Of a DNA stretch of 64,000 bases, positions 35,801 through 46,683 are shown one piece after another; the stretch's first letter is position 1, and each line of letters opens with the position of its first letter. The DNA comes from Ranitomeya imitator (taxonomy: Eukaryota): positions 539,338,001 to 539,402,000 of the forward strand of contig NC_091283.1 of the NCBI RefSeq assembly GCF_032444005.1. Reading direction: 5' to 3'. Below the pieces are notes generated by a model. It did not search any database, was not told the origin of the DNA, and saw only the letters and a program-made list of their open reading frames with translations. The translations under genes were made by a program, and so were the position numbers.

Positions 35801-36618
35801 TCTAGCGCCGGCATCCCTGCATGCTGCTCCCCCAGCAGGGACGCCGACTCACTCACCACCACGGCCCCCGTCCCGGACTTCATCCTTCCTCTCTTGTTGC
35901 ACGCAGATCCGTGGGTACTGTGCTTAGAGTGCGCACTCTCCCTCCTTCTTAAAGGAGCCATGTGCACCATCCTGCAATGTCCCCCCCAAAGGCTGGGAGA
36001 CACTTATTTAAGGCACCTCCACATGCATAGAGGTGCCTGTGCAAAGTTGTTAGTTTGTTTCTCAACATGCTTTTTAGTTCACAGGTCCCTGTCCATTAGT
36101 TCCCACTCTTTCCGATAGTATCTGTCTGTCCCTAAACTCTGCAGCAATATCTGCCTTAGCAGTCTGTATTTCAGCTGGACCTGCCTGCACCTGCTGTGCC
36201 AATCTGTATATCAACCGGACCTGCCTGCATCTGCCATGCCAATCTGTATATCAGCTGGACCCGCCTGCACCTGCCATACCAATCTGTATATCAGCTGTGC
36301 CTGCTTGCACCTGCCATGCCAATCTATATATCAGCCAGGCCAGTCCGCACATGTCACTGCCCATCTGTACAGTACACTAGCTGCACCCATTGACATCTGT
36401 GGTACCTGTGTCCTACCGAGCCATTCTAGCTACCTTTCCCTTGGGGGTCAGCTGCTGTGTGTCCAAGGTCTGTCCTGGAGTAGCACCTGGCATCCATTGG
36501 GAGCCAAGCCTAACACCACCATCAGGGGCTCTAGTGAAGAGTCAGGTGCTCACCTAATTACACCCCTCCAGGCTCTATTCTTGGACCATGGCACAGTGGT
36601 TCCACCATTCCCGCTACA
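35801..36618. mobile_element. Solo LTR of another family, 5-bp TSD
   Basis: T(C)TAGCG...CGCTACA ends; GCAAC at 35796-35800 and 36619-36623; internal ~44-bp repeats. Confidence 0.8.
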
Positions 36619-37809
36619 GCAACTAGATGGCTGATGCCAATCATTTATTTCAAAGACTAGTAAAAAACAGACTTCAGCCCAGATAAATAATTTTTGGGGC
36701 CTAGAAATGGCAATTAGACTGATGATGCTAATTATTTATTTCACAGACTAGTAAAAATAGACCCCAGTCCAGAAAAATTAGATTTTGGGCCTAGAAATGG
36801 CAACTAGTAAACCAATGTATACGGGTAACTAATCCAAAAGGAGTAATATACTGTTAGCAATTGGATGAAAATATAAAACTTAACCTTTACTAGGTAAAAA
36901 TATAAAAATCAATTCAACTACAACACATAAAAAACAGAGGAAAGCGAGAGGACCCTTGTGCAATTGTGAGCCCTAACCAACACAGAAATGGGGAAGGAAA
37001 GAAAAACAGGAAAAAGTGCTAATTTGTCGCTATTCTGTTGACCATATATGCTTAGCTAGTAGCTCATTCTAGTTGCAAATGCCATACTAGATGTAATAAA
37101 CATGCCAAATTTTTACTATAAGTAGTACGTGTAACAACCAGTACTTTTGTAATATATAAAGATACCTGTAACTGTCAATTGGCCATATAGAAGTAGTGAG
37201 GTACTCTTATGTGGTTCATACATATATCCCGGTATACTCTCTCTTTGTACCGTGGATTACCTATCCCACACATGTGTCAATAGTCACTTGTAATAATCTA
37301 TAATATAAGGCTGGGAGTGTCACTCTGTCCGAAGCCTTTATAGACTGCGCAAGCGCAAGTGCCGGCGCAGTCTGGACCCCACAGAGTGACGCAGACCAGG
37401 AGATCGCGGTATGCGTAAGCACTGAATGCACACCGCGATCTCCAACGGAGAAGTAGGGACGTGGCAGGAGGGTAAGTATAAGCGATATTCACCTGTCCCG
37501 TTCCAGCGCTGCGTGCCGCTCCATCTTTCGGGTCCTCTGCCTGTGACGTTCACAGTTCAGAGGGCGCGATGACGCGCTTAATGCGTGCCGCCCTCTGACT
37601 GAACAGTCACAGCCAGAGGACCCAGAATACGGAGCGGCATGCAGCGCTGGATCAGGGCCAGGTGACTATAGCAAGTGTCGGGGGCCTGAGCTAGCGGTGA
37701 CTCCGGCACCTGACCCCCACAACGCGCCGGTGTCCCCACCTGCTCAGGCCCTCCAGCACTCGGCGCCCAGCGACGATAGGTGAGTATGTTATTTTTTTTA
37801 TATATCGCA

Positions 37810-39520
37810 ACAGCATATGGGGCATATACTATGGAGCATCTTATGGGGGCCATCAACATTTATGGAGCAGTGTACGGGGCATATACTATGGAGCATCTTA
37901 TGGGGGCCATCAACATTTATGGAGCAGTGTACGGGGCATATACTATGGAGCATCTTATGGGGGCCATAAACCTTTATGGAGCAGTGTACGGGGCATATAC
38001 TATGGAGCATCTTATGGGGGCCATAAATCTTTATGGAGCAGTGTACAGGGCATATACTATGGAGCATCTTATGGGGGCCATAAACCTTTATGGAGCAGCA
38101 TACGGGGCATATACTATGGAGCATCTTATGGGGGCCATAAACCTTTATGGAGCAGCATACGGGGCATATACTATGGAGCATCCTATGGGGGCCATCAACC
38201 ATAATGCAGCAGCATACGGGGCATATACTATGGAGCATCTTATGGGGGCCATCAACCATAATGGAGCAGCATATGAGGCATATACTATGGAGCATCTTAT
38301 GGGGGCCATCAACCATAATGCAGCAGCATACGGGGCATATACCGTATTTTTCTGACCATAAGACGCACTTTTTTCCTCCAAATTTGAGAGGAAAGTGTGG
38401 GCGCGTCTTATGGTAGGGATGTAACGTGGGGAGGGGGCAGCAGCCAGTGGGATTGCACTGGGAGGCAGGAGGCAGAAAAATGTCCCTGCTGGGCTTCAGG
38501 AATCAGCTGGGGAAACCACATGGTCCCGATCATTAAAGTGCAGTGGTTTCCCCAGCGCTGGATTCCTGCAGCAGCTGGGGAGATCTGTGTGTCTGGTGGA
38601 GGAGGCAGCAGGGGCCAGAGGGGACAAGATCGCTGGATACCTGCCTGCCTGTGCTGTGCTGGATGGATGCTGAGTGCTCCAGCAGAAGGACCTGTGTGAT
38701 GTCATGAAGAGGGCGGGCTGGAGCATCACATGGCAGCACAGAGCCCTCCCTCTTCTGATGTCATCACAGATCCTGCAGACACCACACTACAATCTGCAAG
38801 CTTACTCCTGTGCTGTGGAGAGGCAACAAGAGGGAGCGCTCTGTGGTGTCATGGGATGGGATGGGATGCTCCAGCATTTTACTTCACCACAGTGTGGCTG
38901 GCTGCCACAATTAAAAGGTTAGTCACTGAAACACACAATAAAGCACTCTGACACTTCTGTGGTGAACTATAACTCCCAGCATGCCATAGGTTCTGCAGGA
39001 CATGCTGGGAGTTATAGTTCTCCCAATGGGATCTCAAAGCAGCACTCCAGTGTTATTTTTCAGTGCTAGAGTGGTGCTTTAATATAAGCCCTATGCCCCC
39101 ATTCTTATACTCACCCTCCAGCATCTTCATACAGTACTTTACAGACACCACACTGGTCCCGCAGCTGCATCTTCTACCCGCAGCTTCCAACATAACATAC
39201 TATTATATATAATAACAACACATATAATAGTATGATTATGTTATTAAATATTTTACCACCTTTTTTGCTTCAAATATATTTTTCCCTATTTTCCACCTCT
39301 AAAACCTGGGTGCTTCTTATAGTCCAGTGCGTCTTATAGTCCGAAAAATACGGTACTATGGAGCATCTTATGGGGGCCATCAACTATAATGGAGCAGCAT
39401 ATGAGGCATATACTATGGAGCATCTTATGGGGGCCATCAACCATAATGGAGCAGCATACGGGGCATATACTATGGAGCATCTTATGGGGGCCATCAACTA
39501 TAATGGAGCAGCGTATGGGG
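37810..39520. repeat. 57-bp minisatellite split by a MITE; a ~30-bp array follows to ~39890
   Basis: GGGGCATATACTATGGAGCATCTTATGGGGGCC... units; 19-aa periodicity in ORF 37780-38355. Confidence 0.93.
38342..39353. mobile_element. pogo/Tigger-like MITE
   Basis: TIRs CCGTATTTTTC...CATAAGACGCAC and GTGCGTCTTATAG...GAAAAATACGG; TA duplication. Confidence 0.9.
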
Positions 39521-40437
39521 CATATGGATGGGAGCAGCAAATTACAGAATGGAGGCGCAGGATGGGTGCAGCACATGTCAGAATGGAGGCGCAGGATGGG
39601 TGCAGCACATGTCAGAATGGGAGCGCAGGATGGGAGCAGCACATGTCAGAATGGGGGCGCAGGATGGGAGCAGCACATGACAGAAAGAGGGCGCAGGATG
39701 GGTGCAGCACATGACAGGATAGGGGAGCAGGATAGAGCAGCACATGACAGGAAGGGGGCGCAGGATGGAGCAGCTCATGACAGGATGGGGACGCAGGATG
39801 GAGCAGCACATGACAGGATGGGGACGCAGGATGGAGCAGCATATGACAGGATGGGGACGCAGGATGGAGCAGCACATACCAGGATGGAGACCATATACCA
39901 ATAGAAATGCTCGCCACCCGGGCGTAGAACGGGTTCAATAGCTCGTCATTTATAATGGCCATTGACCCAGTTATCCCGGTATGCCGTCTCTTTATACCGT
40001 GGATTATCTATCCCACATACAGTATGTATCCATAATCACTCATAATAGCTATTGGCCCAGTTATTGGGTAATATGTCCAAACCATGTAATCGTAACCCTT
40101 TAAAAGTTACTAAGTCAGCATGTCTTATTAAATAGCCACTGTCAATGGATTATAGCAGCATAAGGAGGCTTTTCAAACAAATCATGACCAAAAACATACA
40201 TCTATACTTAGAAAAACTGGCATCATGCTGCCCCATAAACCTTTGTCATGAGTATCCCCTTTAATCATTATAGTGCGGTCATTATATTTTTGCATCAAGC
40301 TCTGTTACCATCAGGCACCAGCATGTGCGAATTTGCATTATTTGTAAAGCCCATCAAAATGGGTAGATCTCACCCAAAGTTGGAGAGAGTCATTTTGTCT
40401 CTCAAGAGGGTAAGAGAGCCTCTATTAGATCTGGCGT

Positions 40438-40476
40438 CTCCCGATGCATTTCATCCGATAGGACTCATCAGGGGAG
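40438..40476 (-). ncRNA. Minimal type I hammerhead ribozyme
   Basis: CTCCC-CTGATGA-GTCC(TATC)GGAT-GAAA-TGCA-TC-GGGAG: 5-bp stem I, complete core, palindromic ATGCAT, AUC cleavage triplet. Confidence 0.8.
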
Positions 40477-42224
40477 TGTGACAACCTTTGGTAGCCGCTT
40501 TACAGGTCTCCCCACTTCTGTGGTTTAAAAGCGCTGAACCCGGAGGCGCGCCCATGAGGCTCCGCCCCTAGCGTGTGACGCACTTCCGGTGGTTTGCGAG
40601 GTACTTCCGGTATTACGGAGCGCTCGTCCGGACTGTGAAGCACTGGGTGCCATGGAGATGAAACGCAAGTGCTCCACTCCGCAACCATGCGCCGCCCGCC
40701 ACACTAGCTATGTAAACTCCATACCTACAACTCAGGATGAACTTCATGCCTGATAGATGTGAGAACCTTACGGAGCCTGTCACATCTTATGCTGCGTACA
40801 TTCCAGAATATGTCCAAATACATATAATAGACATGACTGTTAAGCACGGCACTTCAGAGGACGGACAAATTACTTTTAACCCTGTCCTGTCCACCCACGA
40901 TATGATTCAGTATTTTTCAAACCATTCTTAAGAACACCCTAAAAATAGTTCCATGAGGCTAGATGTAAATTAATGAAAGACAAGAGTAGAAATTCCTTGA
41001 AAAAGTGGGACCATTCTTTGAGAGGAGGCAAACGGCAGGGAAGAAGGAGGAGCAAAACTGTAATGTAACTAAGTATAATATACAATTTAAGGGAATACCC
41101 CAATGGTACATATATGTATGTTAATATTGAGGGGAATACGGGACACCACCAAAGCCCCAATCATAAAATGAAAAAAGAATGAAAAAAGAGGCGCCCTGTT
41201 GTGCCCTACACAGAACCAGCTACACTCCTGGTCCCTGCCTAACATGGAGGTTGGCACCCTAAAATAACCTGTGCATGTGGCGCCCCCACTCAACGTGGGC
41301 TGTCCCTATCTGGCTGTCCCTGTTGTCCCTATGTTAGGATAGAGAGGATAGAAAAGAAATACTTCAAAAACAAGTAAGGAGCCAACAAGGGATGTATAAG
41401 GCAAATATGATGATTGATATAATTAAAGGATGAGTAGAGTATATGTGCCTAAAAAATGTTAAGTGCAGTTAATAATCTATGAAAACTTAAGTCCTGCCTA
41501 ATGCGGGGGTTAGCACCCTACAACCTTACGCCATGGCGCCCCCACTCATCGATGGCTGTCCCTCCTGTTATGAACTGGTGGTTTAGGAGCAACATGGGAC
41601 GAGCTCTGAAGGAAGTGGTACCTGTACTGACCGCAGTCCCTAAGCTCAACACAACACTAGAAGTAGCCGTGGGATGCTCCTGACACTCCCTAGGCACCTC
41701 GTCACAGCCTGAGAACTAACTACCCCTAAAGATAGAAACAGGAAAACTATCTTGCCTCAGAGAAAATCCCCAAAGGATAGATAGCCCCCCACAAGTAATG
41801 ACTGTGAGAGGAGAGGGAAAAGACATACACAGAATGAAACCAGGATGTAGCACAGGAGGCCAGTCTAGCTAGATAGATAGGACAGGATGGAATACTGTGC
41901 GATCAGTATAAAACACTACAAAAAATCCACACAGAGTTTACAAAAATCTCCACACCTGACTAAAGGTGTGGAGGGTAAATCTGCTTCCCAGAGCTTCCAG
42001 CTTCACTGAATTAATTCATACTGACAAGCTGGACAAAACATAGAAAGCACAGAACGGATAAGTCCACAACCTGTGGACAGAAAAGAGCAAGCAAGGACTT
42101 AACTTTGCTGAACTGGTCAGGATAACAGGGAAATCCAAAGAGATGTGAATCCAACCAGGAACCATTGACAAGTGGCACTGGCTGAAGGGAAGAGCCAGGC
42201 AAAAATAGCCGAGCAGAAAGACAA

Positions 42225-45200
42225 TCAGTGGAAGCAGCTGCAGACTGCTAAATCCAAGGAGCAGCCATACCACTTAAAACCACCGGAGGGAGCCCAAGAG
42301 CAGAACTCACAAAAGTGCCACTTACAACCACCGGAGGGAGCCAAAGAGCGGAATTCACAACAGTACCCCCCCCCTTGAGGAGGGGTCACCGAACCCTCAC
42401 CAGAGCCCCCAGGCCGATCAGGACGAGCCAAGTGAAAAGCACGAACCAAATCGGCGGCATGGACATCGGAGGCAACAACCCAAGAATTATCCTCCTGGCC
42501 ATAACCCTTCCACTTGACAAGATACTGAAGCCTCCGCCTCGAAAAACGAGAATCCAAAATTTTCTCAACCTCATATTCCATCTTTCCCTCAACCAACACC
42601 GGGGCAGGAGGATCAACCGAGGGAACAACGGGCACCACATATCTCCGTAACAAAGATCTATGGAAAACATTATGAATGGCAAAAGAGGCTGGAAGAGCCA
42701 AACGAAAAGACAACGGATTGATAATTTCAGAAATCTTATAAGGACCAATAAACCGAGGCTTAAACTTAGGGAAAGAAACCTTCATAGGAACATGACGAGA
42801 AGACAACCAAACCAAATCCCCCACACGAAGCCGGGGACCAACACACCGACGGCGGTTAGCAAAACGTTGAGCCCTTTCCTGAGACAACGTCAAATTGTCC
42901 ACCACATGAGTCCAAATCTGCTGCAGCCTGTCCACCACAGAATCCACACCAGGACAATCAGAAGGCTCAACCTGCCCAGAAGAAAAGCGAGGATGAAAAA
43001 CAAAATTACAAAAGAAAGGTGAAACCAAAGTAGCCGAAATAGCCCGATTATTAAGGGCAAACTCGGCCAACGGCAAGAAAGCCACCCAATCATCCTGATC
43101 AGCAGACACAAAGCATCTCAAATAGGTCTCCAAGGTCTGATTAGTTCGCTCAGTTTGGCCATAAGTCTGAGGATGAAACGCCGAAGAAAAAGACAAATCA
43201 ATGCCCATCCTAGCACAAAAGGCCCACCAAAACCTAGAGACAAACTGAGAACCTCTGTCAGACACAATATTCTCCGGAATGCCATGCAAACGAACCACAT
43301 GCTGAAAAAACAATGGAACCAAATCTGAGGAGGAAGGCAACTTAGGCAAAGGTACCAGATGGACCATTTTAGAGAACCGGTCACAAACAACCCAGATAAC
43401 AGACATCTTCTGGAAAACAGGAAGAGCCGAAATAAAATCCATGGAAATATGCGTCCAGGGCCTCTCAGGGACCGGCAAAGGCAAAAGAAACCCACTAGCG
43501 CGGGAACAGCAAGGTTTGGCCCGGGTGCAAGTCCCACAGGACTGCAAAAAAGCACGCACATCGCGCGACAAGGAGGGCCACCAAAAGGACCTAGCAACCA
43601 AATCTCTGGTACCAAAAATCCCAGGATGACCAGCCAACACTGAAAAATGAACCTCAGAAATCACCTTACTTGTCCATCCATCAGGAACAAACAGCTTCCC
43701 CACTGGACAGCGGTCAGGCCTATCAGCCTGAAATTCCCGAAGCACCCGCCGCAAATCAGGGGAGATGGCAGAAAGAATCACCCCTTCCTTAAGAATGCCA
43801 ACCGGCTCAAGGACTCCAGGAGAATCAGGCGAAAAACTCCTAGAGAGGGCATCAGCCTTAACATTCTTAGATCCCGGAAGATACGAGACCACAAAATCAA
43901 AACGGGAGAAAAACAGGGACCATCGAGCCTGTCTAGGATTCAGCCGCTTGGCCGACTCGAGGTAAATCAGATTCTTATGATCAGTCAAGACCACAACGCG
44001 GTGCTTAGCTCCCTCAAGCCAATGTCGCCACTCCTCAAATGCCCACTTCATAGCCAACAACTCCCGATTGCCGACATCATAATTGCATTCCGCAGGCGAA
44101 AACTTTCCGGAAAAAAAAGCACACGGTTTCATCAAAGAACCATCAGAATCCCTCTGAGACAAAACGGCCCCTGCCCCAATCTCAGAAGCGTCAACCTCAA
44201 CCTGAAAAGCAAGAGAAACATCCGGCTGATGCAACACAGGGGCAGAAGTAAATCGGCGTTTAAGCTCCCGAAAGGCCTCAACAGCCGCAGAGGACCAATT
44301 TGTCACATCAGCGCCTTTCTTCGTCAAATCAGTAAGGGGCTTAACCACACTGGAAAAGTTGGCAGTGAAACGGCGATAGAAATTAGCAAAGCCCAAAAAT
44401 TTTTGAAGGCTCTTCACAGATGTGGGTTGAATCCAGTCATGAATAGCTTGGACCTTAACAGGATCCATTTCCATAGACGAGGGAGAAAAAATAAAACCCA
44501 AAAAAGAGACCTTCTGAACTCCGAATAGGCACTTAGACCCCTTCACAAATAAAGCATTATCACGAAGGATCTGGAATACCATCCTGACCTGCTTCACATG
44601 AGACTCCCAATCATCGGAAAAAATCAAAATATCATCCAAATATACAACCATGAATTTATCAAGATAATTGCGGAAAATATCATGCATGAAGGATTGGAAC
44701 ACAGATGGAGCATTAGAGAGCCCGAATGGCATCACAAGGTATTCAAAATGGCCTTCGGGCGTATTAAATGCAGTTTTCCATTCGTCACCCTGTTTAATAC
44801 GAACAAGATTATATGCCCCTCGGAGGTCAATCTTAGTAAACCAACTAGCCCCCTTAATCTGAGCAAACAAATCAGAAAGCAAAGGCAAGGGGTATTGGAA
44901 TTTGACCGTGATCTTATTGAGAAGACAATAATCTATACAGGGTCTCAAGGAGCCATCCTTCTTAGCAACAAAAAAGAAACCCGCTCCCAATGGTGACGAA
45001 GACGGCCGAATATGCCCCTTCTCCAAAGATTCATTAACATAGCTCCGCATGGCGGCATGCTCTGGCACAGACAGATTGAAAAGTCGGCCCTTAGGGAAAT
45101 TGCAACCTGGAATCAAGTTAATAGCACAATCACAGTCCCTATGTGGAGGAAGGGAACTGGACTTGGGCTCATCAAATACATCCTGGAAATCCGACAAAAA

Positions 45201-45308
45201 CTCAGGGACCTCAGAAGAGGGGGAAGAGGAAATTGACATCAAAGGATCGTCACTATGTACCCCTTGACAACCCCAACTAGTCACAGACATAGTTTTCCAA
45301 TCCAGCAC
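42225..45308 (-). CDS. pol: Pol remnant: RT, RNase H, integrase, chromodomain (1027-aa open frame)
   Basis: YLDD, DASEIG, HHCC, SDRGSQF, GPY and EYEVEKILDSR...YLVKWKGY. Upstream part broken by a stop and an insertion. Confidence 0.92.
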   Translation of the reverse strand: MLDWKTMSVTSWGCQGVHSDDPLMSISSSPSSEVPEFLSDFQDVFDEPKSSSLPPHRDCDCAINLIPGCNFPKGRLFNLSVPEHAAMRSYVNESLEKGHIRPSSSPLGAGFFFVAKKDGSLRPCIDYCLLNKITVKFQYPLPLLSDLFAQIKGASWFTKIDLRGAYNLVRIKQGDEWKTAFNTPEGHFEYLVMPFGLSNAPSVFQSFMHDIFRNYLDKFMVVYLDDILIFSDDWESHVKQVRMVFQILRDNALFVKGSKCLFGVQKVSFLGFIFSPSSMEMDPVKVQAIHDWIQPTSVKSLQKFLGFANFYRRFTANFSSVVKPLTDLTKKGADVTNWSSAAVEAFRELKRRFTSAPVLHQPDVSLAFQVEVDASEIGAGAVLSQRDSDGSLMKPCAFFSGKFSPAECNYDVGNRELLAMKWAFEEWRHWLEGAKHRVVVLTDHKNLIYLESAKRLNPRQARWSLFFSRFDFVVSYLPGSKNVKADALSRSFSPDSPGVLEPVGILKEGVILSAISPDLRRVLREFQADRPDRCPVGKLFVPDGWTSKVISEVHFSVLAGHPGIFGTRDLVARSFWWPSLSRDVRAFLQSCGTCTRAKPCCSRASGFLLPLPVPERPWTHISMDFISALPVFQKMSVIWVVCDRFSKMVHLVPLPKLPSSSDLVPLFFQHVVRLHGIPENIVSDRGSQFVSRFWWAFCARMGIDLSFSSAFHPQTYGQTERTNQTLETYLRCFVSADQDDWVAFLPLAEFALNNRAISATLVSPFFCNFVFHPRFSSGQVEPSDCPGVDSVVDRLQQIWTHVVDNLTLSQERAQRFANRRRCVGPRLRVGDLVWLSSRHVPMKVSFPKFKPRFIGPYKISEIINPLSFRLALPASFAIHNVFHRSLLRRYVVPVVPSVDPPAPVLVEGKMEYEVEKILDSRFSRRRLQYLVKWKGYGQEDNSWVVASDVHAADLVRAFHLARPDRPGGSGEGSVTPPQGGGYCCEFRSLAPSGGCKWHFCEFCSWAPSGGFKWYGCSLDLAVCSCFH

Positions 45309-45489
45309 CGGATTATGTTCCTGTAACTATGAAAAACCCAGTACAACAACATCATGCAGGTTATGCAACACCAGAAAACGGCAATTTTCTTGATGTGCTG
45401 GAGCCATGTACATGGTCATCTGCATCCAGTACTGAGGTTTATCCTTGGCCAATGGTGTAGCATCAATGCCCCTCAAAGGAATAGGGCTC

Positions 45490-46386
45490 TGTTGTGAATT
45501 CTGTGGTCAAGCTCCCTCCTGTGGTCATGAGTGGAACTTCGGCTGGTTCTGTCTATGAGCTTCCTCTGGTGGATGTGAGCGGGGCTGCGGCTTCTGAGTT
45601 CCCTTCCTCAGGTGATGAGGTTAAGTCGTTAGGTGCTGCTCTATTTAACTCCACCTAGTTATTTGTTCCTGGCCTCCAGTCAATGTTCCAGTATTGGTCT
45701 TACTCTCTCCTGGATCGTCTGGTGGCCTGTCTGCCCTGCATAAGCTAAGTTCTGCTTGTGCTACTTTTGTTTGCTATTTTTTCTGTCCAGCTTGCTATAT
45801 TGGTTTTTCTTGCTTGCTGGTAGCTCTGGGACGCAGAGGGAGCACCTCCGTGCCGTTAGTCGGTACGGAGGGTCTTTTTGCGCCCTCTGCGTGGTTGTTT
45901 GTAGGTTTTTGTGCTGACCGCAAAGCTATCTTTACTGAGGTACGGAGGGTCTTTTTGCGCCCTCTGCGTGGTTGTTTGTAGGTTTTTGTGCTGACCGCAA
46001 AGCTATCTTTACTATCCTCAGTCTATTCAGTAAGTTGGGCCTCACTTTGCTAAAACCTATTTCATCTCTGTGTTTGTATTTTCATCTTTACTCACAGTCA
46101 TTATATGTGGGGGGCTGCCTTTTCCTTTGGGGAATTTCTCTGAGGCAAGGTAGGCTTATTTTTCTATCTTCAGGGCTAGCTAGTTTCTCAGGCTGTGCCC
46201 GAGGCGCCTAGGTCTGGTCAGGAGCGCTCCACGGCTACCTCTAGTGTGGTGTGATAGGATTAGGGATTGCGGTCAGTAGAGTTCCCACGTCTCAGAGCTT
46301 GTCCTATGTTATTAGTAACTATCAGGTCACTTTGTGTGCTCTTAACCACCAGGTCCATTGTGTTTCTGAATCACCAGTTCATAACA
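45490..46386 (+). mobile_element. Solo LTR nested antisense in pol
   Basis: Near-identical to 33752-34571 plus an internal ~77-bp duplication; GGGCTC duplicated at 45484-45489 and 46387-46392. Confidence 0.95.
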
Positions 46387-46445
46387 GGGCTCTGCAAAGG
46401 CTGCAAGGAAAAACCACAGCGCCTGGCGAATTCTAAGTCTATTAA

Positions 46446-46607
46446 AGGGACACTGTCACCTGAATTTGGAGGGAACAATCTTCAGCCATGGAGGCGGGGT
46501 TTTTGGGTTTTTGATTCACCCTTTCCTTCCCCGCTGGCTGCATGCTGGCTGCAATATTGGATTGAAGTTCATTCTCTGTCCTCCATAGTACACGCCTGCG
46601 CAAGGCA
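46446..46607. mobile_element. One end of a Kolobok/T2-like MITE
   Basis: TTAA|AGGGACACTGTCACC terminus; other end not found. Confidence 0.5.
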
Positions 46608-46641
46608 AAAGAAAGTGCACTCACCGGTCCTTCAATCGATT

Positions 46642-46683
46642 CGGACCCGTAGAAGTGCAGCCGCACGAAACGGCCGTCGTCCG
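46642..46683 (+). ncRNA. Variant minimal hammerhead
   Basis: CGGAC-CCGTAGA-A-GTGC(AGCC)GCAC-GAAA-CGGCCG-TC-GTCCG: stems intact, core CCGTAGA instead of CTGATGA. Confidence 0.65.

Larger units (their letters stand above)
35070..36810. repeat. ~95-bp subterminal-type repeats, interrupted
   Basis: CTAGAAATGGCAACTAG...TTATTTCACAGACTAGTAAAAAACAGAC units, also at 52920-53060. Confidence 0.55.
37297..39945 (+). mobile_element. Non-autonomous Helitron
   Basis: A|TCTATAATATAA start; 3' hairpin CCCG...CGGG then CTCG|T (CTAG variant); no TSD. Confidence 0.82.
36825..41565 (-). mobile_element. PLE terminal-repeat region interrupted by a Helitron
   Basis: 36825-37290 matches 52450-52920, which adjoins the PLE ORF start; carries a hammerhead at 40438-40476. 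Confidence 0.55.
41566..46441 (-). mobile_element. 5'-truncated Tf1/sushi-type element with nested solo LTR
   Basis: 3' LTR 41566-42362, PPT, pol to 45489; protease region resumes at 46387-46441. Confidence 0.95.

Noticed and set aside
37780-38355. Repetitive ORFs (MEHLMGAIN...) and a CRISPR-like appearance
   Set aside because: A pure 57-bp tandem array without unique spacers, inside a Helitron; no cas genes.
41270-41565. Ribozyme in the duplicated GGCGCCCCCACTCA motif
   Set aside because: Neither a hammerhead core nor HDV helix order could be built on either strand.
33752-46386. The two near-identical LTRs as ends of one large element
   Set aside because: Each has its own different 6-bp duplication, so they are independent solo LTRs.
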